From positions 91,044,813 to 91,108,812 of the forward strand of contig NC_068986.1 in assembly GCF_001194135.2 (NCBI RefSeq): 64,000 nucleotides of DNA, in the 5' to 3' direction. The stretch comes from Octopus bimaculoides. Taxonomy: Eukaryota. A model generated the notes under the pieces. It was not told the DNA's origin. It did not search any database and saw only the letters and a program-made list of their open reading frames with translations. Positions 40,780-55,100 of the stretch are shown piece by piece. Within the stretch, counting starts at the first letter, position 1. Every line of letters begins with the position of its first letter. A program made the position numbers and the translations under genes.

Positions 40780-43700
40780 GTGGGTGATTGATTGGTAGAA
40801 TTGTTAGCACAAAGGCGGCGAGTTGGCAGAAGCGTTAGCCCGCTGGACGAAATGCTTAGTGGTATTTTGTCTGCCGCTACATTCTGAGTTCAAATTCCGC
40901 CGAGGTCGACTTTGCCTTTCATCCTTTCAGGGTCGATAAATTAAGTACCAGTTACACACTGGGGTTGATGTAATCANNNNNNNNNNGGTCGATAAATTAA
41001 GTACCAGTTACACACTGGGGTTGATGTAATCAACTTAATCCCTTTGTCTGTCCTTGTTTGTCCCCTCTGTGTTTAGCCCCTTGTGGGCAATAAAGAAATA
41101 AGAATTGTTAGCACATTGAACAAAATACCTTGCAGTATTTGTCTGGCTCTTTATATCTTGAGTTCACATCCCACTGAAATTAAAGTTAACTTTCATCCTT
41201 TTCGGTTCAATAAATTAAAGTTCAAGTCAAGGATTGGGGTTGGTATAATCAACTGTTGCTTCCCCCAGAATTTCTGGTTTTGTGCCTATTTAAGAAATTA
41301 TTATTATTATACCAGGTAAAATGTTTAGTGGAATTTCATCCATCTTTACTTTCAAATGTTTCTGATGTCAATTTGCCTTTCATTCTTTCGTAGTTGAAAA
41401 GGTAGATACTACTTGAGCACCGAGGTCAATGTAATCAACTTACTCTCTCTCCCACGATTGCTGGCTTTGTACCAAAATTTGAAACCATTATTATTGTTGT
41501 TATGTTGAGATCAATAGATTGGAAGAATCATTAGTATGTCAAGGAAAAATGCCATGTCTTGCAGAATTTATTCTGCTCCTTAAAAATCCTATTGAAGGAA
41601 ACTCTACATTTCATTCTTCTGGGGTCAATAAATTAAACTACCAGTAATATACTGAGGTCAGTTTAATCAACTAACCTCTTCCCCACAAACTTCTGGTTTG
41701 GTACCTATTTTGGTTTCAAATTTTAGCACAAGGCCAGCAATTTGGGGGTGGGGGTAAGTCAATTAAATTAACCTTAATGCTCAGTAGGTACGTATTTTAT
41801 CAAAAAGACAAAAGGCAAAATTCACCTCAGCAGAATTTGAACTTAGAATATGAAGCTGGATGAAATGCTGCTAAGCATTTCGCCCGGCATGCTAATGATT
41901 CTACCACTATAATGCTAGACATAGATGCTTCACATACTCTAGTTTAATATCTCGCATTTGTGAGTTGAATACCCTTCTGGAATTGACATTTTCATCCTTC
42001 TAGGAATCAATAAAATAACTACTAACGATATATGTGAAAGAGAAGTCAGTTTTAATAAATAGTATTAATTCTCTCCTTAAAATTTCCATTGTGCTTATTC
42101 TCAAGATCAACTATCAGTGATTGTTCCCTCCTGGACTTGCTTCAGGGCCCTAGGATACACATTCCTTATGGTCCCACCCCAGAACAAGTTGCAGGCTTAT
42201 TGCTGGTTATACTAGCATTGGGTGGAGACTGCATCATATTTTTTTAAACAGACCCCTCTACATTGATTATTTTAAATAAATGAACCGATCGTGAACTCTT
42301 TCTCATTGAAATCCTATTCGGTATTATTTTCATTTCATATCCAGCACAAGGTGTCCTAACCGTACACATAAAAGGTTACCCCAAACCCAACATAGGTAAG
42401 AGATTTCAACTGTTTTAACCTGAGTTCTCTTAATTTATATATTTTCATCTTTATTACTTGGTTACTATCATGATTATATGTATGACTGTGTAAGTGTGTG
42501 AATCCTTGTAGTTTGTGTGTTGGTGTAATTACAGGTGCAAGTCATCATCTTTGTCATCATTTAACGTCCTGTTTTCCATGCTGGCATGGGTTGGATAGTT
42601 TGACTGATAACTAGTAAGTAAAGATGAAAATATATAAATTNNNNNNNNNNNNNNNNNNNNNNNNNNNNNNNNNNNNNNNNNNNNNNNNNNNNNNNNNNNN
42701 NNNNNNNNNNNNNNNNNNNNNNNNNNNNNNNNNNNNNNNNNNNNNNNNNNNNNNNNNNNNNNNNNNNNNNNNNNNNNNNNNNNNNNNNNNNNNNNNNNNN
42801 NNNNNNNNNNNNNNNNNNNNNNNNNNNNNNNNNNNNNNNNNNNNNNNNNNNNNNNNNNNNNNNNNNNNNNNNNNNNNNNNNNNNNNNNNNNNNNNNNNNN
42901 NNNNNNNNNNNNNNNNNNNNNNNNNNNNNNNNNNNNNNNNNNNNNNNNNNNNNNNNNNNNNNNNTTTTATTGCTGAGCACTGAAGAGAGAAAGAGAGACC
43001 AGATCAAAAATATTATAAGTTAACATGCAAGAAAAATGAGATTAAGAAAGGAATTTCAGATGCAGAGCTTCTAGGGAGGAACGATTAAGAAAAAGTGAGC
43101 AGTGAAGGGCCTGAAGAAGCTGACACAACACACTGTGAATGCTAAGAAAAGGAAAGATAAATGTAATGGAATAGTTTGAGTGGACATATGTTGCTAACTA
43201 CATAAGAGGAACATATACTATTGTTATAGTAACAATAGAATTCTCAGTGAGTTGACATCACAGCTATGGGTCAGAGCTTATGTTGATGTTATTTAGCCCC
43301 AGGCCGATTCTAATCCAGCTGACTCTTGATCAAAGGCATCACATCCACAACTGCCCAATCTTAGTGTACATCAGTAATTATTCTTCTCTCCAAGTTGTTT
43401 TTCCTATTTTAACCCTTTTGATACCAACCCACTTGAAACCACGTCTGACTCTGTAGTACAAATGTCTTGTTTACAAAAGTTCTGAATTAAAATCTTCCAC
43501 CAAACCTGAGTCACAATTTATGTTCCTAAAACTAGCTTAACGATAACTAAGTTATTTAACTAAATTCTTTGTTATATTTAAAATTAATTGAAAGAAACAC
43601 AGAGCATCTCAACAAAAATATGGTAACAAAAGGATTAAGACAGTGGGGTGTGATTTATAAAGGATTTGATTGTTATTTATAGTGGGTTGAGTGACCACAT

Positions 43701-44847
43701 AAAGACTCCTTTATTGGCTTGTATTTATTTCTAGCTGTGTGTGGTGATTCAGGATGATGTTCTTGTGTGTTTAGCAATATATGTGTAACAAATTATTGTG
43801 ACCTCTTTTCATAAATACTACTACTGTTAAAATTTTAACAGTTCTTAGTTTGTTAAAGTCTACTTGTTTTCTTTATTAATATTATTGTTATTAAAAACAG
43901 TATAAAAGAACAAAATTGCATATTTTACTATAGAGTACAGGCATGATTGGGTCATTAAAAAGTTATGTTAAGAAAGATAAGTTTTCTGAGCACATGATTT
44001 CAAGTTCAATCCTACTATAGCAAATGTTCTCTACCTCAACTTCAGATTGATCAATAGCTTGTAAGCTGAATTTAATCGACAGAAACTGTGCAGAAAGCAA
44101 ACGCATGTGTGCATGTACGTGTGTGAAGGCGCAATGGCCCAGTGGTTAGGGCAGCGGACTCGCGGTCATAGGATCACAGTTTCAATTCCCAGACCGGGCG
44201 TTGTGAGTGTTTATTGAGCGAAAACACCTGGAGCTCCACGAGGCTCCAGCAGGGGATGGTGGCGAACCCTGCTGTACTCTTCCACCACAACTTTCTTTCA
44301 CTCTTAGTTCCTGTTTCTGTTGTGCCTGTAATTCAAAGGGTCAGCCTTGTCGCACTGTGTCATGCTGAATCTCCCCGAGAACTACGTTAAGGGTACACGT
44401 GTCTGTGGAGTGCTCAGCCACTTGCACATTAATTTCACGAACAGGCTGTTCCATTGATCGGATCAACTGGAGCCCTTGTCGTCGTAAGTGACGGAGTGCC
44501 AACAAAAAACAAAAAATCTTGACATTGCATAATAGATATAAATACCATCATACAAGTAATGTTATTCATTTCCAGTCTTCCATGAAAACATGCCAAGTGA
44601 TAGGGAATATTATATCTTGGTTGTAAAGAGGTCAGGGTTGGTGACAAGAAGGCCATTTGGTCATAGAAAATCTGCCTCAATTTTGATAAAATAGACATTG
44701 AAACAATGATGACGATGGTGTATGTATGTATGTATGTATGTATGTACATGTTAAACTGAGATTATTATTTTAAACTAGTTTAGTAACAATAACGGAACAT
44801 CTACTGATAGACTGATTGATGGTAGAGTCAAATATATTAAAGTTAAA

Positions 44848-44884
<37 letters not shown>

Positions 44885-47800
44885 ATGACTAGGTTTATGC
44901 TTACACCTGTCTTAAAGTATATGTTCTTTATATTGTGCTCTTTTATGTCCTGTAACTTAATAGAGATTGATAAAGCAAGTGCTGGGTTCAATATAATTAA
45001 AGGCAATGCCCCAAGATGACTGCATGCCAACAATTAAACTATCAAAAGAAATAATACAGTTATGACTTCTAATATTATTGTTCTTGTTGCTGATATTGTT
45101 GTGGCTCTTATTTTATTGCAGACAATGGCCTTGACGATGTGGTCTACACAGTACTTAGACTCAGTGATCATAAGCGTCAATGTCCTGAGGTCTATGATTC
45201 ACAAAACTGGGAGGATATTTGTTCCTTTTTGGTCAGTGATCTGTCAACAGATAAGGTTAGTTTGGTTTTATAATGCCCTTACTAGTACACCACTGCTTCA
45301 CACTACACTGCTATCCCTCCACCATCCCCACTGCTACATGACCCCTAATTCACTACTGCTGTCTCTCCACTACTAAACCACAACCACTGGTTCACTACTA
45401 CCACTCCATTGCTACATGGCTACCAACATGTCACCATTGTCACACAAAAATCTCTTCACCCACACTGTTAAGCCACAACCTCTACTATTTTAGTACCACT
45501 CCAGCATGACCACTGCTACACAGTTCATAGGGTTTTAGTTGTTTTTTCTTATTTTCCTTTCAAAAATCAAATTTGAGGCCTTGTGCCTCCAGTAGAAAGG
45601 ATCATTATTATTACCATTATTATTGTTTTGATTTTTCAGCTTCATCTAAAATACAAATGCAAACGCTTATTGACCAGTGTTACACTCGAAGAACATGAAA
45701 TATTACTGTCTCAGTACCCATTCCAAATAAAGGGAGAGTAAGTTGATGTTGATCTTGCCTCTTTCACACTACTACTTTACTCATAAGTATACACCACGTT
45801 CTCAAGCTTTCAGCTTCATCTTACATGCAACTATGTATAATGTATTCTATTTTAATGTGTATTCAAAAGTATATTAATATACATTCACCTTATACAATTG
45901 AACTCAGTTATTCATGTGTATGGTAGGGGTGCATAAATATTTTTGTTTTTCTATACCACTCATTTTCCCACTAACCATAGATGTATGTACAGTGATGATG
46001 ATGATATATATATATATATATATATATANNNNNNNNNNNNNNNNNNNNNNNNNNNNNNNNNNNNNNNNNNNNNNNNNNNNNNNNNNNNNNNNNNNNNNNN
46101 NNNNNNNNNNNNNNNNNNNNNNNNNNNNNNNNNNNNNNNNNNNNNNNNNNNNNNNNNNNNNNNNNNNNNNNNNNNNNNNNNNNNNNNNNNNNNNNNNNNN
46201 NNNNNNNNNNNNNNNNNNNNNNNNNNNNNNNNNNNNNNNNNNNNNNNNNNNNNNNNNNNNNNNNNNNNNNNNNNNNNNNNNNNNNNNNNNNNNNNNNNNN
46301 NNNNNNNNNNNNNNNNNNNNNNNNNNNNNNNNNNNNNNNNNNNNNNNNNNNNNNNNNNNNNNNNNNNNNNNNNNNNNNNNNNNNNNNNNNNATATATATA
46401 TATATATATATATATATAGTTCTGTATTTGAGAGATGAGGAATTATGCACATTATTTACATTTGATGGATATTTGTCCTCATCTTGTTTGTTGTTAACAC
46501 AATACTCTCCAGCCTTCATCAGGTGTCCTGGGGGAATTTCGAACCTGGGTTCTCATTCCTAAGGTATTTTTCTGATGTTGTTATTATTATTATTACTCAG
46601 GTCACCACCTGGAATCGAACTCGGAATCTTGGGGTTAGTAGCCCATGTTCTTAACCACTACACCATATGCCCGTGGGCAATTATGGAGTGAATTTTAGGG
46701 CTTATGAATCTAATATTTTCCTATCCTTCTTTAATACCAGTTCCCATANNNNNNNNNNTTTAGGGCTTATGAATCTAATATTTTCCTATCCTTCTTTAAT
46801 ACCAGTTCCCATATGCTACTCATATCTGCATTGGGTCTGTTTAAGAGGTTATTATGTCCTCACATAAGTGCTGCCTCTTTTAGTTTTCGTATTTTCCAGT
46901 GGTGTTCTCTATCTATTATTTTAACTTCATCCCACAGGGGGAGGTGGTCTCTGTTTTTCCATACATGATCAGCTATACCCGATTTATTAATATCTCCACA
47001 TGTCACAGCTTTGCAATGTTTGTCTACCCTTATTTTGAGGGGGCGACATGTTTTGCCTTTGTATAACCTTCCACAGCTGCATGGGATGGAATACACGCAG
47101 TTTTTGGTCATATTCTCTTTTATTGGTGGTTTTACTCAAAGGAGATATTTGTGAAGTGTTGTATTATTCTTGAATACTGTCCTGATGTCATATGGGTCTC
47201 GTATGTTTTGTATCTTTTCGGAGACATTAAATGATGATGATGATGATGACATAAATCAATACATACATGCTCATTATCATCATCAATCTGTTTTACATGC
47301 TGGCATAGATTAAACAAATATCTATCCACCCAACATGGCCTTACATCATCTGGAATACACAGCGACAGAAAAAACCAGATATGTTTGTGGGGTATGTAGT
47401 GTTTTTATGATGTTTTTTTTTTTTACAGTTGGATCCCTTCTAGACACCAGCCAATGTTACACTTGAGCTCGAATATATTTCATTGTAGCACCAGAGAGAT
47501 TGTGTCTTATATATATATAATATATAGGGAGTAGGGAGGGAGGGAGAGAGAAAAAGACAGAATTAAACTTATGCCGGGTTAAAACAAAAAAAAAACTATT
47601 GGAAATGTTTTTGTGGTTGGTATTGTTGTGCCTAGTTATGTTTTCAAGGAACCGAGTTCACAAACCAGCTTCATTTCTCAGTGAAAACCACTTCTATTAT
47701 AAATATTACCACTGTTCTTCAATAACGTATGAAAATCACAATCATGCCTATGCAGAACTTCTACATATTTATTTTGCTATATTTATGTGTCTAAATACAA

Positions 47801-49097
47801 ACAACCATATCATGTTTTTTTTTTCTACCCAACAGAGTAGATACCATTCTTGAGAACAAAGATGGCAGCAAATTGTATTTGTCTCTCCAGTATACCCCTC
47901 TGGCACCAATTAAACTCGAATCAAGCATTAAAGATGAACAGGTCATAAAAGATGGTAAGAATTTCTCTATTTCTTTTTTCCCTGCATATATTTTGTGTGT
48001 TCTTATATACTGTTCTTGAGTTACTTACAATCTTTTACATGCAATGCCTGTTTCATATTCCAACAAAATTACTCGTTTCCAGCCTGTGAACTCAAGGAGG
48101 ATTTTCTACATTCTGGTAGTCACTCAATAACCTTGTGGGAATTTATAAACATTATTAACATTTTTATCCTTGGTACCTATTTTTATCCTTGGTACCTATT
48201 TTTTATTTGCACTACACCTCCATACCAGTACAGTCATCTCATCTACATTATCCTTCTCCCAATAACATCACTGTTTTTGCTTTCCCTTCTCTCTGAAATA
48301 AAGTGTAAATGTCTTCTTTAAATAAACTCTTCACTTCCACAATATCTCACTTTGTTCCCCAATAATTCATAAGTCATTTAGGCATGAATAGGGTTAGTCT
48401 TCTAGATATCTGAATCATTTTTAGTTCCTATCAGTGTGTTTGTTATTTTGTTTTTTCTATTTTTTCTAATTGGTGCTTATAATTTTTAAATATTCACCCT
48501 CCTCCCCCTCATACACACAAGCACATACATTTATTCATATCAAATAAACTGAACATTATAATGGAAATCAATTTCATTGCATTTGTGAATATATTTAAAG
48601 TATTTTGAACTTTGCATCAGGAAAGGTATCCTGTTATATCATACAGCTTCAAGAACTCTCATCCACCTCATAACCTCATGCAAAAAAGCAGATGTAGAAA
48701 TGATGATGATGATGATGTTTTACACTGTCATATTTATGAATTGTTCTATGTAATGATGTTAATCATGTGGAAGAGAGAACAATAACAAACAGATATCAAA
48801 ATATATTTATGAAACCATCATGACTTTTGTCTCACTGTGTTTGGTTATATGTGAGAGGAAGAAGTGGGAGGAATGTTATTGTTACTTTTCTAAATAATCT
48901 GCTATTGCTTTAATATTTTCATTAAATTATTTGGATGGGTGGCATAACTGGAGGCCAATATTTAGGGCAGTGTTTATTTGCTGAGGAAGATCTTTAGACT
49001 TATTGCAAAATCAATGAAAACATACATAACTTTTAAAATTGCAGCTGGCACATGGAACTATTAAATGTTTGTAGGCATGAATATAATATATATGCTG

Positions 49098-49128
<31 letters not shown>

Positions 49129-52100
49129 TTTACCTCTAATCCATTTTTATCAAGAGACACCACTCCCATAGATTGGTATTCATACATGTCATTTGACTTC
49201 CTTACTTGTTATAGTTAGATGTCCTTCATATTGCGAATCACTGGTAAAACGTGTGTTGGATGCTTTTTCTCATAGCATCAATACTAGAGAAGTTGAACAG
49301 TCCTCGGCAAGACAGAACTAAATGAACTTCACAACCCTGTTCTTTCTTCAACAACCAGTTTACATTGTATAGTGCATTTGTCACGGCATCAGCACGAGAG
49401 TGGTTGTCTTGCTCACCAATCACTGTAGAGGGAGCACTAAAGGGTGGTTTCCATCATGGAACCAACAGACAAGGTATGCCTTGTACACAGTAAATGTAAA
49501 GAGTACTCAGTAATCTAAAGTATGTAAACTGAGCAGGGAAATAGAAGAGAGACAGAGATAGTGATGACTGCAGAAAGGCCAGAAAAGGGTGGCTGAGAGT
49601 GGGGAGGGACAAGGATGTAAGTGTAGTCAATAACATCAAGCATGTACATTTTTTCAGATGGCCAAAGAAGAGAATAGGAGAGAAAGCAGTGACATTCCAA
49701 GGACCTAAATGAGTATGATAGAAAGGCAGAGTTATTTGGGAGTAGTCAGGAAGGGAGTGATTGGCAATAGATGTAGACAAAGGTGAGGGTGGGTGATGAG
49801 ATAAATGCAAGAGTAAGTGAGGGGTAGATATAGAAGTAGCCCAGAGAAGAGAGAGTGATGACTGGCAGTACAGAAAGGCCAAATTAGAGTGTATTGGCTA
49901 AGGGTAGTGAGCAACCTAATGCAGTCTGTTGTACATGGTAAAGGGCAAGCGAGTCAGAAGATGATATGCTCAGCTCTTGTGGTGGAGAAATGAGAAATAG
50001 AGAGCTATAAGCTATAAAGCGACAGGCAAAAGACAAGGTGAGCAATAGATTGATTAGAGTAGAGAGCAAGGTTGCAATGTGATAAAACAACAGACGTAGG
50101 CTTAATAGGGTACAAATATCAACCCCTAAATGTTATCATGTCAGGGTACATTTTTCCATGGAAAGTCGGGTCTTCTGCCACACTGTGTATCACCAGTTAG
50201 AATGGTCTGTTGTCTTAGAACAAAAACAAGAGCAATGTACTGAATGCCGTTCTCCATAAATTCTTAATTTTTTTAAATTTGCCTTATGTACAAAGAAGGA
50301 AAACAAAAAAGCCTAACACTTATTTTAGCAACTCTGAATTATGAAGGAAAGTAACTTCAAGAAATTATGAAGAAATTTGAATTTGAATTACTAGGACAAT
50401 TGGATCTCTATTTCAGAGACAAGGAGCAGCTATGAACACATCATTCAGCTTTGATTCGACCTCATCTGCATAACTTTGGCCTTACTTGTCTCCTATCAGT
50501 TTTAGACAATTTAACATATTCAAAAAGCCTTTAGTGCATTTCTTGGCCAAGGGTAATTTGCCTAATTAAAACCTAAAGAAGCTAAAAGGGGCTCTACTCA
50601 AAGGAACTAGTGTCATGAATTTGGATAACAAAGCCAAAGGATTGTCATAGTTGATAAATTCTTAATTTCTTTTAAAACTTTTCCTGTAGATTGGAAAGAA
50701 CAAAAAATTAGCCACAATTGATAGCAACTCTGAATGAGAATGAAAAATCATTCCAAGAAATTAAGAATAAATACAAAGTTGAATTAACGTTACCATAAGC
50801 ACATCAAGAACATCAAGAATCATAATGATGACAAGCATGTTCTTTCCAGATATTTTCAAACAGATTTGAATATTAATATGTTAATCATTGTTATATTTCT
50901 TTTGAGAACACCGCCTTTCAGATGATGTGTGTTCACAACACACTAGAATCATTGATGTAATGGGACTTTGAGACACTGGTGTTTCTACCCGGTTGTGTCT
51001 CTTCAGTCCTGCACCAGTTTATGACCAAATACAAATGAAATAAATCATTAGAAACAAAATAATGGAAACAGTGATGACATAGTCAGTAGCAAGTCAGAAC
51101 AAGAGATGTTAAACTAACTAAAATTTGAGATATAATCTTTCTTGAATTTTACATAGCCCTAGTTCTGCTGTTTTGTTTCTTTCTTTTCTTTGTAAATTAA
51201 GTACTCAGAAGATATTGTAATCTATTAAATCAAGTATATCACTCACCATCATCATCATCGTTTAACATCCGCTTTCCATGCTAGCATGGGTTGGATGATT
51301 TGACTGAGGACTGGTGAACCAGATGGCTACACCAGGCTCCAATCTGATTTGGCAGAGTTTCTACAGCTGGATGCCCTTCCTAACGCCAACCACTCTGAGA
51401 GTGTAATGGGTGCTTTTACATGCCACCGGCATGAAGGCCAGTCAGGCAGTACTGGCAATGGGCATGGTCACCAATTACAAAATTTATCTTCTATTCATAG
51501 CAATCTTTATTTCACTTTTGTTACTGCTCTTGGGAAATTGTGAATGTTTCAACTTCCCATTTCTTTCCAGTTTTCTTTTCTCACAATCCAACCAAGGTTT
51601 TATATCTAAAGTAGAATATTATCCTGTACATTAGTGTGACAAATGAAATGGTTAATTGTTGAGGCATGATCCAATAAAGAAGTCTATATGTAATAAATCA
51701 AGCTGCTAGAAATAAAATCTGAAATACTTTTCATCAATTCTATCAGGGCTGACCAATAAAATAACAACAATTAATTGCTTGACCTTTAGAGGTCAGATGT
51801 ATCCATTAGTAGGTGATTGTCTCAGTTGACTTATGTTTAAGTGAGGAAGGAAAAGTTTGTCATGTAATTCATGTAACATTTATGACAACCTGACATGATT
51901 ATTCCTATTTGTCTTCAATTTCAGTGGCTGGTGTTCTATATGTCCATATCCATGGTGCTACTAATCTACTAGCAGCTGACAAAAATGGTACCTCTGACCC
52001 CTATTGTGTCGTTTTCTCAGAAAGAAGAAGAGTAAGAATTTAAATTTTGATTTTCTTCCTTGTTCTTGTCGTAATTGATAAGTTGAGGATATGTTATATT

Positions 52101-55100
52101 AAAACAAGTAAATTCTTCTTTTATGGAATCATTGGGCTCTTGAAAATGCTGTCATAATGTGGAGTTCTGTTACAAAAACATATTTTCCCTATTAATTCTT
52201 TGTTCATTAACTTCTATATAAAAGGAAGACAGTAGGAAAATAGATTTTGCATTTTAGACTTTCACATTACAGCATGATTTTCAGGATCACAACACTTTTG
52301 TAATGCAGCGCATACCTGTGTGTGTGTGTGTGTGGCCATATATATGCACATACATACACACATTTACACACTGATTTTAAAGGTCTCTATTGTTAGTAAA
52401 GGTGGGATTGCGTTTAAGAAATACATCATTAGTCTTAAGAATATATCTATTATATCTACAGATTTAGACTGTATTTTTTTTTGTTGCATAATTACTGTTA
52501 CAATATATTATTATGATTATGATAATCATTTAGTGGATTGTGTTGTACTGTATATGTTCTGTTGATCAGATCAACTGGAACCCTCCACGTCATAACCGAC
52601 AGAGTACCAGTTGTTCTTGTTACTCGCATTTTGATTATATCTTAAATAGAGAAGAAACAAACCCACTAAAATGCATAAATAATTAAATGAAAGGAAATGT
52701 TGTTAATTTAGTTTAAAATAGGTTTTTTGTTTCACTCTACCAGAGTTCTAATGTAATTTGTAATATTCATACATTATTTATGATTAATACTTTTCATAAT
52801 TGTTTTTAGATGCTAGGTTGTTAAATAGATAAATTGCTCACTTGATGTGTGAGATAACAATTTAGTGAAGTAGTGTGACTGAAATTCAGTGAGTTTCAAT
52901 AAAGCTTTGTGAGTTCAGTCATAACCTAAATATGATGTGTATAGATATATATCACCTGAAGTTTGATAAAAGATATACTAGTAAGATGCCAGGCAAATAA
53001 ATACTTGAAATCATATAATTGATACTTCATTCAATGTTTAATAGTCTAAGGACAAAATCAGTGATGTCATTTTGAAAGAAATTTTTCTTTTGTTCTAGAT
53101 TGTTACCACTCCATATGTTCCACGATCTTTAAATCCAAGATGGGAAACCTATTCTGAGTTTTTTGTTAAAGATTTCACTAAGGTACAATGGTTTTCACAT
53201 CTTCATTTTTTTCAAATTATTTTATATCATATCCTTTAATTTCATCATCATCAAAGGTTTTGATAATTTTCTTTTATTCTTTAATTCTTTTTGGAAATTT
53301 AAAAAATTGCTAGTGGAAAATATTTTACAACCCTAATTACTCACCCATGAACTAGTTTCTGTTAGCTGTTTACTATATTGTGGAAAGTAGAACAATATTG
53401 AGACCAGAACTATGTAAACTGGATGTTTGCATAAAACATGTTGTCAGATTAATGCTCTAATTTTTATTTAATGAAATAAAAATGAATAAATTTGTTTCAG
53501 ATTTTTAATTTTTACTTTCAATATAGATACTCTAGAAACAAAAAATGAGAAGTTGATTTTCTGTAAATAAATATGCGAATTTGTTTGAACATCTATAGGT
53601 TCTAGTTCTGACATCTGCCATACCACATCCATATTAGTATGAAATACATATGTAAAACTCACCTGTCACTTGTGAATCATTAACTATAGAAAATGTTTAT
53701 AACAGTTAATTTTATTTGTAAATAAATCATAGCTTTCAGTTGATTTTGTGTAAATAAATATATGAATTAACTTGAACAAGTTGTACAGGTTCCAACACCT
53801 GCCTTACCACATCCAAAATAGCTTGGAAAATGTTGGATCATCCCATAAATAATGCAGTCTTTTCAATTGCATGAACTAAAAGTCAAAGGGAGATGGGATA
53901 AACTACCTGCATCAACTTGCTATAAAAGCAGGTAGTAATTTTACCTTGTCCTTATTCTTAGTGCAAGTTTTGAAGAGTGCAGTTTGATTTTAACAGTTAT
54001 TTTTTCGAAGCTATAATGGAAGTGACAAAGGAGCATATTTGGCATATTTTGCTTTATGAGTTCAATAATGGCAACACTGCTACAGAAACTGCAAGGAATG
54101 TTAATGCAGTATATGGGGATCAGACAATAAGCGTAAGCCGGTGTCAACAGTGGTTCCAGAAATTCTGAGCTGGAAACTACAGCCTAGAAGACAAGCCTCA
54201 TCCTAGAAATTCTGTAGAGCTTGATGTGGATGTCCTGCAAACCCTGATGGAACAAAATCCCATCATAACCATTGAGGAACTATCAGAGAAGCTTGGATTT
54301 GGTCATTCAACCATTCATCGATATCTGCATGCCATTGGAAAAATTAGCAAATTGAGTCAATGGGTTCCTCACAAACTTCTGATTGAATGTGTACTCTTCT
54401 TTGCTGTCACTTCTCACGAATGAACCTTTTTTGGACTGAATAATGACTGGTGACAAGAAATGGGTTCTCTATAAAAATGTCAAGCACCAAAGACAGTCAG
54501 TAGGGAAAGGAGAAACACCAGCACCCCAGGCTAATGTAGGTCTTCACCCACGTAAAGTGTTGTTATCTGTTTGGTGAGATATGAAAGGTTTAGTCCGCTT
54601 TGAACTTTTAAACCCAAACTAAATGATAACAAAGAGATCTACTGTGAGCAATTTGAGTGGCTTAAGTCAACACTAGAAGAAAAACAACTATCTCTGGTTT
54701 CAAGACAAAAGGTGTTCTTCCACCAGGATAATGCTCAGCTACATACAGCAAGGATGACATTCCAAAGGCTGGAGCAGTTTGAATGGGAAACAATGCCACA
54801 CCCACCATGTTCGCCAAACATTGCCCCATCTGATTATCATTTATTCTGCAGTCTTCAAAATCATTTGGACGGAAAAAATATGAATTCTGTAGACAAGATC
54901 AGAACTTTAGACGAGGTCAGAACAGTACTGGAGGAGTATTTTTCATCGCAGACAAGTGAATTTTGGAAAACTGGCCTTGCAAGTCTACCAGATAGATGAA
55001 AAAGCATTGTAGAAAATGAAGGAGAGTATATTTTAGATTAAAAAATAATTTTGTTTTTCTTAATTTTGAAAAATAAAAGAAATATAAAAAAAACTGCATT

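Noticed and set aside
46600-46672. Possible tRNA gene
   Set aside because: Acceptor stem unpaired and anticodon stem mismatched; treated as a repeat-derived module.
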